Shown: positions 16,996 through 27,216 of the stretch, piece by piece
Layout of the letters: each line of letters opens with the position of its first letter
Numbering within the stretch: position 1 is the first letter of the stretch
Virus genome (UHGV): UHGV-0097092
Source of the DNA: a virus
DNA length: 44,628 nt
Reading direction: 5' to 3' (one strand)
Translations under genes and position numbers: made by a program
The notes under the pieces: model-generated
Database searches by the model: none
Seen by the model: only the letters and a program-made list of their open reading frames with translations
What the model was told of the DNA's origin: nothing

Positions 16996-17787
16996 ATGGG
17001 CCGTTTTGACGAATGGTTTGCTGACGATGCAAACCTGGCAAGTAAGGAGTCAGAACATGACAGCACGCAGAGAGAAACGCCAGCGCCGATTGAAGCGAAT
17101 GCAGGAGGTGCGCCGGAACATGGCAATACCGGTTCGGATTCATTCAGCATTCTGGAAGAGCAACCCGCCGCCAAAGCTGATAGCCATGATAATTTTGCTG
17201 ATAGCAACGCTGGCCTTACTCCGGATGCTGCCGAATCAGATATAGCCATACTTCCACCTTCCCTGGCTGGCAGAGAACCAACTCCACAGCTAAAAGCACG
17301 CTATAACTGGCATAAAGCCTTTAACGACCAAATCCGCGCAGACTGGATGCTGATTATTGAATCCAGCCCAGACGCGTTTCAGGCTCTCTTGTATCGACCA
17401 GATGTTGGCACATATGGGGTAGTCAGCGACGAAACAGGAGAAGAGTCATTCACTGAACTGGATAACAACCAGCGCGAACTGACTTACCAGGAACCTGAAA
17501 TCGTTTATGTGCTGGATAACCCGGACGGGCGTGACTCTTTCCATGCGATTGACGCAGACGGTGAGCAGGATGGCTTAACCGATGATGTTCTGATTCTGCG
17601 TATTGCAGCAAATAACGTCCCCGTCGGCTCAATTCTTGAATGGAATGAAGAGATGGTAAACGGCGTAGCCCGCCGCTGGTGGTACGTGCACCGTATTTTT
17701 AGCTACGGCACACAGCATGTTGGTTCGCTTTACTACTGCATACCTGCCAGGAATTTTGATACGACTCAAAACGGAGTGATCGAATGA
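16996..17787 (+). CDS. hypothetical acidic protein, first gene of the spike-containing module
   Basis: GAGGA 6 nt upstream of ATG 16996; ATGA overlap with next gene. Confidence 0.4.
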   Translation: MGRFDEWFADDANLASKESEHDSTQRETPAPIEANAGGAPEHGNTGSDSFSILEEQPAAKADSHDNFADSNAGLTPDAAESDIAILPPSLAGREPTPQLKARYNWHKAFNDQIRADWMLIIESSPDAFQALLYRPDVGTYGVVSDETGEESFTELDNNQRELTYQEPEIVYVLDNPDGRDSFHAIDADGEQDGLTDDVLILRIAANNVPVGSILEWNEEMVNGVARRWWYVHRIFSYGTQHVGSLYYCIPARNFDTTQNGVIE

Positions 17788-18551
17788 CTTCAAATAAAAC
17801 CCTCCTGGCGCGAACAGGTGAATGGCAAACCTCACGCACAGGAAAATTCCAGACCACGGGCTTTGAAAACGTGGATAACGCGTTTGCGACGCTAATCAGC
17901 AACATTTTTTCTGATATCTTACTTGTGGCCCCCGCGCCGGAAGAAAAACGCTTTGCGTCATTCCTGAATCGTCCACCAGCAGAGCGTGTCTATGTGGCCC
18001 GTTTCGACAATGCGATCGAGTTTCTTAAAGCAGTTCGTCGCGCAAATGCCGGGCAAGGGAGAAAACCTGAAAACCAGAACATTAACCGGGATGCTCTCCC
18101 CCTGGTCAATATCTCACGCACTATGGATATCAATTATATCAACGATGATCAGCAGATTGACCGCAAAAAAGTAGCCAGTTTTTGCGAACCGGATACCGGA
18201 ATGCCTTTAGCAGAACTGGAATACACCCAGGCCATTCTGACGTATGACGTTACGTTAATGGCAACTGATAAAGCGACCATGAGTCTGATGTGTAATTCGC
18301 TGGGCGCACGGCTTCGCCTGATGACAGGTACACAATTTGAAGCAACCACTCACCTTGTTCGTGTCCCGGTCCCGCTGATTTGCTCGATACAGGATGCCAA
18401 AGAAGTCGGCTTTACGGATGTTTCAGCACCAATTGGAGAAGAGCGTATTTATGCCACACAAGCGCCGATAAGTGTGATTGCAGACGTGATCACAGCATGG
18501 GAGTTGGACGCAAAACGTATTATTACCGAAACCTCGATATCTATGGGGTGA
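17784..18551 (+). CDS. hypothetical protein (putative baseplate/tail component)
   Basis: 255-aa ORF translationally coupled within the spike module. Confidence 0.4.
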   Translation: MTSNKTLLARTGEWQTSRTGKFQTTGFENVDNAFATLISNIFSDILLVAPAPEEKRFASFLNRPPAERVYVARFDNAIEFLKAVRRANAGQGRKPENQNINRDALPLVNISRTMDINYINDDQQIDRKKVASFCEPDTGMPLAELEYTQAILTYDVTLMATDKATMSLMCNSLGARLRLMTGTQFEATTHLVRVPVPLICSIQDAKEVGFTDVSAPIGEERIYATQAPISVIADVITAWELDAKRIITETSISMG

Positions 18552-18554
18552 TAA

Positions 18555-19535
18555 GTGGCCCAGGAGTTACAACAATATTTTCTACAGTCAGTGCTCATTA
18601 ACGATAACAAAGTGCCACGAGACTGGATTTTTACCGCAGTATATGTAGAAAAAACCAGCCTCAAAGCCCCTTTGCTAAAACTGGAAATTCATGACGCTAC
18701 CGGCACCGTAATTGATGACTGGAAAGCCAAATACGGTGCATCGCTGGTGGCTGAAATGGGCGATCCAAACGGTAATGCAGGCACTTTTAAAACAGATTTC
18801 TTTGTTACGTCTGCAATGCTGGCTGGTGATGTTGTTACCGTTATTGCTGTCAGTGAAGACGTGCGCAGGTTTAAGATCCCCTCCCCGCGCACAAATTTAC
18901 ATACCAACAAAACACCAGACGCTATATTCAAGGCATATTCCGGCAAGCTTAAAATTACCAGCAGCGTGCTAAAACGCGCAGTTACATATCATCTGAATGC
19001 CGGTGACAAACCGTCAAAAATGCTCTCGCAGATAGCGCGAGACAAAGGTGCATTATGTTGGGTATGCCGTGGGGAATTTAACTTTTACACCCTGGCTGAT
19101 CTGATGAAGCAAACGCCATCATTTACCTACGAGGGGAATAACCCTAAAGCAGAATACACTTTGTCCAAAATGCGCCTACTCCAACAGGAACATGCGACAA
19201 CAGCAAAGAATCAATATCGTTTTGTTGGGTATTCCATGACCGATGGCTACGTCGAATATGGCGATAGCTCACTCCCAGTGCGTTATATATCCGACTCTGA
19301 TATGGAAACTCTTCGCAATATGCAGCTGTCTCTCGTCCCCAAAATGGATATAGAAGTCGCAGGCAATCCGGATATAAAACCGGGAATGGTAATAGAGATT
19401 ATCGTATACCGCTATGACCAGGAAAACCGCATTGATGAATCAATGCCCCGCAAGCTGATAGTAAAAAATGTTGCGCACTTTGAAGACCGCGTAGGCTACA
19501 CAACACGAATGATATTAGGAGTGCCGAACAAATGA
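18555..19535 (+). CDS. hypothetical protein (putative baseplate/tail component)
   Basis: 326-aa ORF directly upstream of, and coupled to, the spike gene. Confidence 0.4.
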   Translation: MAQELQQYFLQSVLINDNKVPRDWIFTAVYVEKTSLKAPLLKLEIHDATGTVIDDWKAKYGASLVAEMGDPNGNAGTFKTDFFVTSAMLAGDVVTVIAVSEDVRRFKIPSPRTNLHTNKTPDAIFKAYSGKLKITSSVLKRAVTYHLNAGDKPSKMLSQIARDKGALCWVCRGEFNFYTLADLMKQTPSFTYEGNNPKAEYTLSKMRLLQQEHATTAKNQYRFVGYSMTDGYVEYGDSSLPVRYISDSDMETLRNMQLSLVPKMDIEVAGNPDIKPGMVIEIIVYRYDQENRIDESMPRKLIVKNVAHFEDRVGYTTRMILGVPNK

Positions 19536-20185
19536 AGCGTAGAGCGCAAATTGTTGGAACTGTGCACCCGGCAGGGCTTATGCGTGCTCAGGTCCGTGTT
19601 TTACCAGACTGGAATGGCGTTCCTGATGACGATCTACCCTGGGCAGAATACCTGTTACCCATAGGTAACGCGTTTGTACCTACAGTAAAAGGCGACCTGG
19701 TATGGGTAGAGTTTCCTTATCTGGATGTTAATGGTCGAATTGATACCAGACGCCCAATGATAGTTGGCGCAGCTCAGGATGCGCCTGGCGGAGTACCAAA
19801 CGTCGCGCCGGAGGCGTCAGGCAATGGTAGCGGCTGGACGCCACCAGAAGTAGACGGAGCGCCTCCCCGCCCGCAATTTTCGGCGACAAAAGATTTCGTG
19901 ATTCACCGCAACAATGTGCTCGAAGTGCGAACGGCTGGCGGTGGATATGAAATAGCGAATACGGCAGCAGGCTCAAGGATTGGAATGAATGAATCAGGGC
20001 AGATATACATCATTGGTCCGGCTGATGTAGTAGTGAATGCGGGAGGGAGTGTTAACGTCAAATCAGCCGATAACATCAGCGTTAATGGCAAAAACATTAC
20101 TGTGACAGCCGACGAAAATATTGATTTCAAGGCTGGAGGCACCTTCCAGGCTATCGCAAGCAACTTTGATTTCAAGAAGGGATAG
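19532..20185 (+). CDS. baseplate central spike (gpV / gp5-like OB fold plus beta-helix)
   Basis: N-terminal GTV...VRVLPDW...LPIGNAFVPTVKGDLVWVEF pattern; C-terminal repeats (VNAGGSVNVKSADNISVNGKNITV). Confidence 0.55.
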   Translation: MKRRAQIVGTVHPAGLMRAQVRVLPDWNGVPDDDLPWAEYLLPIGNAFVPTVKGDLVWVEFPYLDVNGRIDTRRPMIVGAAQDAPGGVPNVAPEASGNGSGWTPPEVDGAPPRPQFSATKDFVIHRNNVLEVRTAGGGYEIANTAAGSRIGMNESGQIYIIGPADVVVNAGGSVNVKSADNISVNGKNITVTADENIDFKAGGTFQAIASNFDFKKG

Positions 20186-20194
20186 AAAACACAT

Positions 20195-20238
20195 CCAATT
20201 GTGTTAGATAATTGAATAGAATTTTCTAACACAATTGG
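20195..20238. promoter_or_regulatory. promoter-operator-like palindrome, copy D
   Basis: CCAATTGTGTTAGA-16 bp-TCTAACACAATTGG; spacer holds GATAAT and TAGAAT hexamers; 7 bp upstream of rdgC. Confidence 0.5.
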
Positions 20239-20244
20239 TGAAAC

Positions 20245-21150
20245 ATGAGATCAGTCGCTTTCAAAAACATCTTCATCTATCGTCTTTCACGTGAAGTTAA
20301 CTGGAGTGCCGCAGAAGTATCCGATGCTCTTAGCAAATTCGTGTTTACTCCTTGCGGTTCTCAGGACACAGCTAAAGTCGGTTGGACACCTGTTCTTGGT
20401 GACAACCTCACCCATGAATACCAGGGTTTTCTGCTAATACAGCATAAGCGAGAAGAAAAAATTCTCCCCTCGCAGGTGCTCAAGGAAGAGTTGCAGAAAA
20501 AAGTCCTGAAACTCGAAGAAGAGCAAGCCCGCAAGCTGAAGAAAACGGAAAGAGACAGTCTTAAAGATGAAGTCCTGCATTCACTTTTGCCTCGCGCGTT
20601 CACGAGAAAATCACTCGCCAAAATCCTGATCGACCGCAGCAACCATCTGGTATTCGTTGAGGCAAGCAGCGCCAAAAAGGCAGAGGACCAGCTGGCTTTA
20701 TTGCGAAAGTCGCTCGGCAGCCTGCCTGTCATTCCATTCACACCACGCGAACCGCTGGAAATTACAATGACCGAGTGGTTTAAAAGCGGCTTCCCTGCCG
20801 GATTTACAGCAGGTGAAGACGCCACATTAAAGGGTCTGCTCGATAATGGTGGTGCCGTTCGCTGCAACAAAGTTGATCTACAGTCCGACGAGATTATGTC
20901 TCACATTGAGGCGGGGAAAGTAGCTACGACCGTTGCAATTAACTGGATGGACCGTGCGTCGTTCAGAGTCAACGATGATATGAGTATCAAAGCCCTGACA
21001 TTCTGTGATGATCTCTATGACCAGAACGACGATATCGACCGGGAGGATGTAGCACAACGATTTGATGCTGATTTCGTGCTCTTTACGGGTGAATTATCTG
21101 CACTGTTTAACGCGCTGGTGGAGGCCATTGGCGGTGAAGCAGAACGATAA
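20245..21150 (+). CDS. rdgC: recombination-associated protein RdgC
   Basis: full-length similarity to recalled E. coli RdgC ([68 protein letters not shown]). Confidence 0.85.
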   Translation: MRSVAFKNIFIYRLSREVNWSAAEVSDALSKFVFTPCGSQDTAKVGWTPVLGDNLTHEYQGFLLIQHKREEKILPSQVLKEELQKKVLKLEEEQARKLKKTERDSLKDEVLHSLLPRAFTRKSLAKILIDRSNHLVFVEASSAKKAEDQLALLRKSLGSLPVIPFTPREPLEITMTEWFKSGFPAGFTAGEDATLKGLLDNGGAVRCNKVDLQSDEIMSHIEAGKVATTVAINWMDRASFRVNDDMSIKALTFCDDLYDQNDDIDREDVAQRFDADFVLFTGELSALFNALVEAIGGEAER

Positions 21151-21193
21151 TAACCGACCGCTTGTTGTGAGTCTTTGTGATTTTACGGGGGCA

Positions 21194-21814
21194 ATGGTTG
21201 CCCCCTGGCTGGAATACGGTGTCGATGCCGCTATCGTCGATCCACAGCACTTATCGACCAGTGACGAGCGGATGCAATCAGGTGCCGTTCTGACGCGTAT
21301 TAGTGCGATCATCGATAGCGATGAAGTATACGCTTTTCTCCGTAAGAATTTGCAGCGCATCGTGTTTCTGGCCGGGTTCCCACCGTGTACTGACCTGGCT
21401 GTTTCCGGCGCGCGCTGGTTTTCGGACAAGGCTAATAAAGATCCGGTTTTCCAGTTCAAAGCAATGCAGGTTGTCTGGCAGTGTTATGACATTGCAAAGA
21501 TGATCGGTTGTCCGTACATGATTGAAAATCCGGTCAGCAAAATATCGACATTCTGGCGTAAGCCAGATCACATCTTTCACCCTTACTTCTTCACTGCATA
21601 TTGTCAGGAAGATAACTACACCAAAAAAACATGCCTCTGGAGCGGCCAGGGCTTTGTCATGCCTGATGCCCTAATGGACGAATCATTAGGCAAGCCAGAT
21701 AACAGAATCCATGCCGCGCCACCAGGGCCTGACAGGGCTAATTTCCGAAGTGCTACTCCACATGGATTCGCAAAGGCAGTTTTCGAAGCGAATAAGGGGG
21801 TGCTCTATGAGTAA
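21194..21814 (+). CDS. short C5-cytosine methyltransferase-like protein lacking an obvious target-recognition domain
   Basis: about 206 aa with motif I-like LCDFTGAM, motif IV-like GFPPCTDLAVSGA, motif VI-like MIENPV; start uncertain (ATG 21194 or upstream GTG/TTG). Confidence 0.45.
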   Translation: MVAPWLEYGVDAAIVDPQHLSTSDERMQSGAVLTRISAIIDSDEVYAFLRKNLQRIVFLAGFPPCTDLAVSGARWFSDKANKDPVFQFKAMQVVWQCYDIAKMIGCPYMIENPVSKISTFWRKPDHIFHPYFFTAYCQEDNYTKKTCLWSGQGFVMPDALMDESLGKPDNRIHAAPPGPDRANFRSATPHGFAKAVFEANKGVLYE

Positions 21815-22712
21815 ATCTATAGCAAGCATAGCCATAGAAAAACAGGATACGATGGCTGAAATTAGCTATATGCGCACCATTCGGACTCCGGATGAATATG
21901 AGCGTCCGATATTCAAATGGGTAGGTGGTAAATTCTCAGAATTGCCTACAGTGCTTGAGCATCTACCACACGGTAAGCGGTTAATAGAACCATTCGTTGG
22001 TGGCGGTTCCGTATTTACGAATGCAGGATTTCGCCACAACCTGCTTAATGATATTAACGGTGACCTGATTAACTTCTATCAGACATTGCAGCGAGAAGGA
22101 CATTCGCTCGTCACGCTGTCATATAGTTTTTTCAAAAATTACAACAACGCTGACGCTTACCTCGAAGTGCGTGAGGCATTTAACAGAGGAAAATATGACC
22201 AGCTACATCATGCTGCCGCATTTTTGTACCTTAATCGTCACTGTTTTAATGGCGTAACGCGGTACAACCAAAATGGCGAGTTCAACGTGGGGTATGGCAA
22301 ATACAAAGCGCCCTACTTCCCACATGCAGAGATGGAGGCATTTTTGGCTGATGACGTACTCAAAAACACTTCCTTTGTATCAGGAGACTTTGCTAGCGTC
22401 ATCGAGGCGGCTGGTGAAGACGATGTGATTTTTTGTGATCCGCCGTATGAACCGCTTCCGGATACAGAGGGATTTACCAGCTATTCAGGAAATAGCTTCC
22501 GTTTCGATGAACAAAAACGGCTTGTATCACTGTTGGTGGATGCCCACCAGCGCGGCGCTAAGGTAGTGATAACAAATAGTGGTGCTCCAAACATCCGTGA
22601 GCTATATGAAGGAAACGGGTTTAAAGTACATCATATGGCAGCCAGACGGTCGGTTTCCTGCAAGGCGTCAACACGTGTAGTTGCTAACGATATAATTGCA
22701 ATAATGAAGTAA
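21807..22712 (+). CDS. dam: Dam-family DNA N6-adenine methyltransferase
   Basis: FKWVGGK, EPFVGGGSVF, FLYLNRHCFNG and DPPY motifs; 8-bp overlap with upstream gene. Confidence 0.8.
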   Translation: MSKSIASIAIEKQDTMAEISYMRTIRTPDEYERPIFKWVGGKFSELPTVLEHLPHGKRLIEPFVGGGSVFTNAGFRHNLLNDINGDLINFYQTLQREGHSLVTLSYSFFKNYNNADAYLEVREAFNRGKYDQLHHAAAFLYLNRHCFNGVTRYNQNGEFNVGYGKYKAPYFPHAEMEAFLADDVLKNTSFVSGDFASVIEAAGEDDVIFCDPPYEPLPDTEGFTSYSGNSFRFDEQKRLVSLLVDAHQRGAKVVITNSGAPNIRELYEGNGFKVHHMAARRSVSCKASTRVVANDIIAIMK

Positions 22713-22745
22713 AAAACGCCGCAGTAGCGGCGTTTACTTTTTCAT
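22711..22745. terminator. bidirectional rho-independent terminator between dam (+) and glnS (-)
   Basis: stem acgccgc/gcggcgt, loop agta, A-run on one side and T-run on the other. Confidence 0.55.
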
Positions 22746-22760
22746 GTGGCGAAATACCTA

Positions 22761-24422
22761 TTAACCTAACTTCGCCCAGGTATCACGCAGCCCAACGGTG
22801 CGGTTAAATACCGGTTTTTCCGCCGTAGAATGGCGGCTGTCGAGGCAGAAATAACCTTCACGCTCAAACTGGAATGCTTTACCCGCTACCGCTTCTTTCA
22901 GCGACGGTTCAGCAAAGCCTTGTTTGATCACCAGCGATTCCGGGTTAATCACCGACAGGAAATCATCCGCAGCACCAGGGTTCGGCACGCTGAACAGACG
23001 GTCGTACAGACGGATTTCAACCGGCAGCGCATGTGCCGCGCTCACCCAGTGAATAACACCTTTGACTTTACGACCATCTGCCGGATCTTTGCTTAAGGTG
23101 TCGGCGTCATAAGTACAGAAGATGGTGGTGATATTGCCTTCGGCATCTTTCTCCACGCGTTCAGCCTTAATGACGTAAGCATTACGCAGACGCACTTCTT
23201 TACCCAGCACCAGACGTTTGTACTGCTTGTTAGCTTCTTCTCGGAAATCGGCGCGGTCGATCCAAATCTCACCGCTAAACGGCACCTGACGGCTACCCAT
23301 TTCCGGTTTGTTTGGATGGTTCGGCATGGTGACCATTTCGCCTTCGCCCTGGTAGTTTTCGATAACCAGTTTCACCGGATCGATAACCGCCATTGCGCGC
23401 GGCGCATTTTCGTTGAGATCTTCACGGATGCAGGATTCCAGCGACGCCATCTCAATGGTGTTGTCCTGCTTGGTCACGCCGATGCGTTTGCAGAACTCAC
23501 GAATAGAAGCCGCAGTGTAACCACGACGACGCAGACCGGAAATGGTCGGCATACGCGGGTCATCCCAGCCTTCAACGTGCTTGTCGGTCACCAGCAGGTT
23601 CAGCTTACGCTTGGACATCACAGTGTATTCCAGATTCAGGCGCGAGAATTCGTACTGGCGCGGGTGAACAGGAATGGTGATGTTGTCCAGCACCCAGTCG
23701 TACAGGCGACGGTTGTCCTGGAACTCAAGCGTACACAGAGAGTGCGTAATACCTTCCAGCGCATCGCTGATGCAGTGGGTGAAGTCGTACATCGGGTAGA
23801 TGCACCACTTGTTGCCAGTCTGGTGGTGTTCAGCAAATTTAATACGGTACAGCACCGGATCGCGCATCACGATAAACGGTGAAGCCATGTCGATTTTCGC
23901 ACGCAGGCAGGCTTTACCTTCTTCAAAACCACCGGCACGCATTTTTTCGAACAGCGCCAGGTTCTCTTCAACGCTGCGGTCGCGGTACGGGCTGTTTTTA
24001 CCCGGTTGCGTCAGGGTGCCGCGGTATTCGCGGATCTGTTCCGGCGTCAGTTCATCAACGTACGCCAGGCCTTTATTGATCAGTTCGATCGCATAGGCGT
24101 GGAGCTGATCAAAATAATCGGAGGAGTAACGGACGTTACCAGACCAGTGAAAACCTAACCACTCTACGTCGTTTTTGATCGACTCAACATACTCGATATC
24201 TTCTTTTACCGGGTTAGTGTCGTCGAAACGCAGGTTGCACTGGCCTTTATAGTCCTGGGCGATCCCGAAGTTCAGGCAGATAGATTTCGCATGGCCAATA
24301 TGCAGATAGCCATTTGGTTCCGGCGGGAAACGGGTATGTACTGTGGTGTGCTTACCACTGGCCAGATCTTCATCGATGATCTGACGAATGAAGTTAGTCG
24401 GGCGGGCTTCTGCCTCACTCAT
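22761..24422 (-). CDS. glnS: glutaminyl-tRNA synthetase, near-identical to E. coli GlnRS as recalled
   Basis: 553 aa; N-terminus [52 protein letters not shown] and VMSKR class I motifs. Confidence 0.95.
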   Translation of the reverse strand: MSEAEARPTNFIRQIIDEDLASGKHTTVHTRFPPEPNGYLHIGHAKSICLNFGIAQDYKGQCNLRFDDTNPVKEDIEYVESIKNDVEWLGFHWSGNVRYSSDYFDQLHAYAIELINKGLAYVDELTPEQIREYRGTLTQPGKNSPYRDRSVEENLALFEKMRAGGFEEGKACLRAKIDMASPFIVMRDPVLYRIKFAEHHQTGNKWCIYPMYDFTHCISDALEGITHSLCTLEFQDNRRLYDWVLDNITIPVHPRQYEFSRLNLEYTVMSKRKLNLLVTDKHVEGWDDPRMPTISGLRRRGYTAASIREFCKRIGVTKQDNTIEMASLESCIREDLNENAPRAMAVIDPVKLVIENYQGEGEMVTMPNHPNKPEMGSRQVPFSGEIWIDRADFREEANKQYKRLVLGKEVRLRNAYVIKAERVEKDAEGNITTIFCTYDADTLSKDPADGRKVKGVIHWVSAAHALPVEIRLYDRLFSVPNPGAADDFLSVINPESLVIKQGFAEPSLKEAVAGKAFQFEREGYFCLDSRHSTAEKPVFNRTVGLRDTWAKLG

Positions 24423-24690
24423 TGTGGATTCCTCAAAGCGTAAACAACGTATAACAGCGTATGATCTTATAAGCCGAATAGGCTGACAACCACTAGTTGA
24501 TTAGAAATTGCTTTCTATCGTTATTTCAATAATGAGCTTTTTCATGAAGCCCACTTTTGCGCATAAGTAAATTAATGACAAATGGTGCACAATTGGCACC
24601 AAAAAGGATGTAAAAGTGCACCAAATTAGTGGTATATTGGTGCACCTTTGGTTCAAAACTTTTTAAGTTCTAAAACCAACCTGAAAGACT

Positions 24691-24978
24691 TTATTTTGCT
24701 TCCTCAGACTCCGCTAACATGAGGATAGCATGGCGGATCATATTCAATTTGCTGCGATTATGCTTTTTGCTTAACGCATCAAGTACCTGGTACTCGTATT
24801 CATTGAAGCCAACACGAATGGATTTAAAATCACGTGGGGCGTCCTTATCGAGCACTTTGTTGTCTTCTGGTTGCTCACCCGGCACCAAATCAGCTTTGCT
24901 GGCAAAAGCCTCAATTCGGCGTTCAAGATCGAGGTCTTTTACTTCGGGGGCTTTTACCGATTTACGAGGCTTAATCAC
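24691..24978 (-). CDS. ParG-like ribbon-helix-helix centromere-binding protein
   Basis: 95 aa; C-terminal RHH-like KSIRVGFNEYEYQVLDALSKKHNRSKLNMIRHAILML; downstream of and overlapping the ParA-like gene. Confidence 0.5.
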   Translation of the reverse strand: MIKPRKSVKAPEVKDLDLERRIEAFASKADLVPGEQPEDNKVLDKDAPRDFKSIRVGFNEYEYQVLDALSKKHNRSKLNMIRHAILMLAESEEAK

Positions 24979-25612
24979 TTAATAACTCCTTAACCAACAT
25001 CTGGATTTCACCTTTAGCTTTCCCGTTGTCCATCTCAACAACGCCCTTCCCTTCAGCCATACAATCGCGGTAAACCTTGCGATCGCGAATGATGGTTTTC
25101 AGCAACTTCAGTTGCGGATATTCAGCCAGGTACTCTTTGGCCTCATTGGCTTCATTCACAACCGGATTGGATGGGGCCATTGTTAAGACTGCGCACGCCT
25201 TAATGCTAGGATTAGGCATCAGATCCAAAGCCTCTTCAAAGACTTCAACAAAATGCGCCAGAGTGTCTAAATCTGGCTGAGATGGCCTGAATGGAACAAG
25301 CAAAACATCCGCCGCAGTAATACCGGTGCGCATTTCTTTGCTATCACGACCAGCGGTATCAACAACCACAAATTCATAACGCTTGTCCAGATCAAGAAGT
25401 GTTTCACGAATATTCCCAAACTTCTGGACGCAATGAATTACTGGAGAAACCTCTGCCGCATTACGGTCCGATGCCCAACGGGCAGATGTTCCTTGCTTAT
25501 CTGCATCAAGTAGAACTACGTCCTTATTTGCGCGGGCAAGCTCCGCACAAATATTTACGCTGGTGGTTGATTTGCCACAGCCACCTTTTTGGCTGGCTAC
25601 CAATATAATCAT
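24971..25612 (-). CDS. parA: small ParA/ParF-type Walker ATPase (type Ib partition)
   Basis: start MIILVASQKGGCGKSTT (deviant Walker A); about 213 aa; GAGG upstream. Confidence 0.8.
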   Translation of the reverse strand: MIILVASQKGGCGKSTTSVNICAELARANKDVVLLDADKQGTSARWASDRNAAEVSPVIHCVQKFGNIRETLLDLDKRYEFVVVDTAGRDSKEMRTGITAADVLLVPFRPSQPDLDTLAHFVEVFEEALDLMPNPSIKACAVLTMAPSNPVVNEANEAKEYLAEYPQLKLLKTIIRDRKVYRDCMAEGKGVVEMDNGKAKGEIQMLVKELLSD

Positions 25613-25645
25613 ATCCGTTCCTCGGTGTGATTTTGGTATCAAAAC

Positions 25646-25830
25646 GGTTCCAGATAAGAGCCTTTTTGATGCGGGACAGGCTCTATAATGGAGTCATGAA
25701 TGTTTGGCAAAGTATAACATCAATCAGACCAAATACACCTTATATTGCATCCTATTTAACACGAAATCAGCCCCAAATTGGAACCAGATACAAAATTGCA
25801 CCACAACAGCACCTAACTGGTTCCAGATTA
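25646..25830. repeat. three GG(T/A)(T/A)CCAGAT repeats in the region upstream of the ParA-like gene; candidate centromere/operator
   Basis: GGTTCCAGATAAG (25646), GGAACCAGATACA (25780), GGTTCCAGATTAA (25820). Confidence 0.35.
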
Positions 25831-25855
25831 ACACCAATTAGACACCATTAATGCA

Positions 25856-25880
25856 TAAAAAAGGCTGCAATTTGCAGCCT
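25856..25880 (-). terminator. rho-independent terminator downstream of parR (minus strand)
   Basis: stem ggctgca/tgcagcc, then T-run on the minus strand. Confidence 0.5.
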
Positions 25881-25899
25881 TAAACCAGCACATCTTCTG

Positions 25900-26244
25900 T
25901 CAATCAGGTAGAGAGTCAGCCAGATTGCGCGCCGACGCGCTTTTGGCAACAACTTGCTCCTTCACTGGCTCAATGGAGGCAGGGCGCTCCTCAACCGCAG
26001 CTGGTAGTTCCAGGAAGGATGCCAGCATTTTTCGGATCAGCTCCGGGTTATTGTCTTCGGTCAGCAGGGAAGCCAGTAATCCTGGAAGCCTGCTATCGAC
26101 TTCTCCCAGCGCAAGCCCTGCCAACAATGCGGTTCTTGCCATATCGCTATGTTTTTTTATCTTCTCGCTAGCCGCCTTTTCATTGGCATAAGCCTCTGGG
26201 CGAAGATAAATCATCACTTTCTTACGTTCCTGAGACATGGACAT
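25900..26244 (-). CDS. parR: ParR/StbB-like partition adaptor
   Basis: KVMIYLRPEA...RTALLAGLAL...PGLLASLL aligns with recalled R1 ParR. Confidence 0.6.
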   Translation of the reverse strand: MSMSQERKKVMIYLRPEAYANEKAASEKIKKHSDMARTALLAGLALGEVDSRLPGLLASLLTEDNNPELIRKMLASFLELPAAVEERPASIEPVKEQVVAKSASARNLADSLPD

Positions 26245-26251
26245 TACCTCG

Positions 26252-27191
26252 TTAACCGATTGCTTTCAGGCCATGAACAAGAGCAAGTTGCGGGTCATCC
26301 GCCACGAAGAAACGGTCATCACGAATATTAACTTGCTCGCGAATTGCATCTGCCACCAGCGGTGCGCCACCACCGATCACCATGACATGCGTATATCCTT
26401 TAAAGAACGCGGGTACGCAGACGGTCAATGCTTGCGGCAATGGCCTTTTTCACATCACCAACCGCTGATGGGTCATTGATATTGTCGTTCAGATAATCTT
26501 CATCGTGGCGGTTAATAATGAGCTGATCGACATTGTAATTTGACGTTTCGGTATTGGCTCTGGCAAGTGCTTGCCTTACTTCCCTGGTAACCAGAGAGAC
26601 GCCAAGATTCGAATCGCCAAAAACACGGGAAACTGCCGTCATTTGCCCGGCGACCATTGAAACATCAAGGGTAGTTCCACCCAAATCGACGATAAGAACA
26701 GAATGGGCAGGGTTCAGATTGTCGCACAGGCCAATTCCTGCCGGAATAGACTCCGGGCGTACCGTAACTTTCTTAATCGTGAACACATTGCCTTTATTCA
26801 GCGTGACGGGGCGCATAAGGCTGGCTTTCTTGCGCTCGATGTTATCGAGATTGTATTGCGCGTCGTCGTCGTAAAACTCCGCCAGAGGCAGCGTGACCAC
26901 AATTTCTACTTCCTGCGGCTCAATGCCACTTGTCAGCAGGGCATGGTGAACAGCCAGGACGTTAAGCGGGCTGTATTGCCATTCCACGTTATTCGTCGGC
27001 AGAACATCTGGCGAGATCAAATCATACGAATACTTTTCGTCGTCAATGACATAGTTAAACGGCTTGCCCGCACCAAATGTTGCTGACCATCCGCGCTTAA
27101 AGCTGTTAGGGCTGATGTGAGTGCGAGTTTCCCCGTCGTGCTCCCACAGCATTTTGATATTGGTTGAACCATCATCGATAAAAATGCGCAT
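26252..27191 (-). pseudogene. parM: ParM/StbA-like actin-type partition ATPase, interrupted by a frameshift near 26400-26420
   Basis: N-terminal 263 aa (MRIFIDDGSTNIK...DRLRTRVL) stops at 26400; the conserved C-terminus (GYTHVMVIGGGAPLVADAIREQ...) continues in another frame (26252..26440). Confidence 0.6.
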
Positions 27192-27216
27192 CTTCTTGCT
27201 CCACTTCTGAGACACA

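Noticed and set aside
22830-24096. Several plus-strand ORFs (66-188 aa) inside glnS
   Set aside because: Antisense to a highly conserved, full-length glnS; Arg/His-rich translations typical of antisense frames.
24473-24489. Match to the P1 C1 operator (ATTGCTCTAATAAATTT)
   Set aside because: Only the ATTGCT core matches; no convincing C1 operator found by eye, so immunity control probably uses the different dispersed motif.
26377-26408. Programmed ribosomal frameshift in parM
   Set aside because: No canonical slippery heptamer or downstream structure, and the conserved segments are about 17 nt closer than in intact ParM; a deletion or sequencing indel is more likely.
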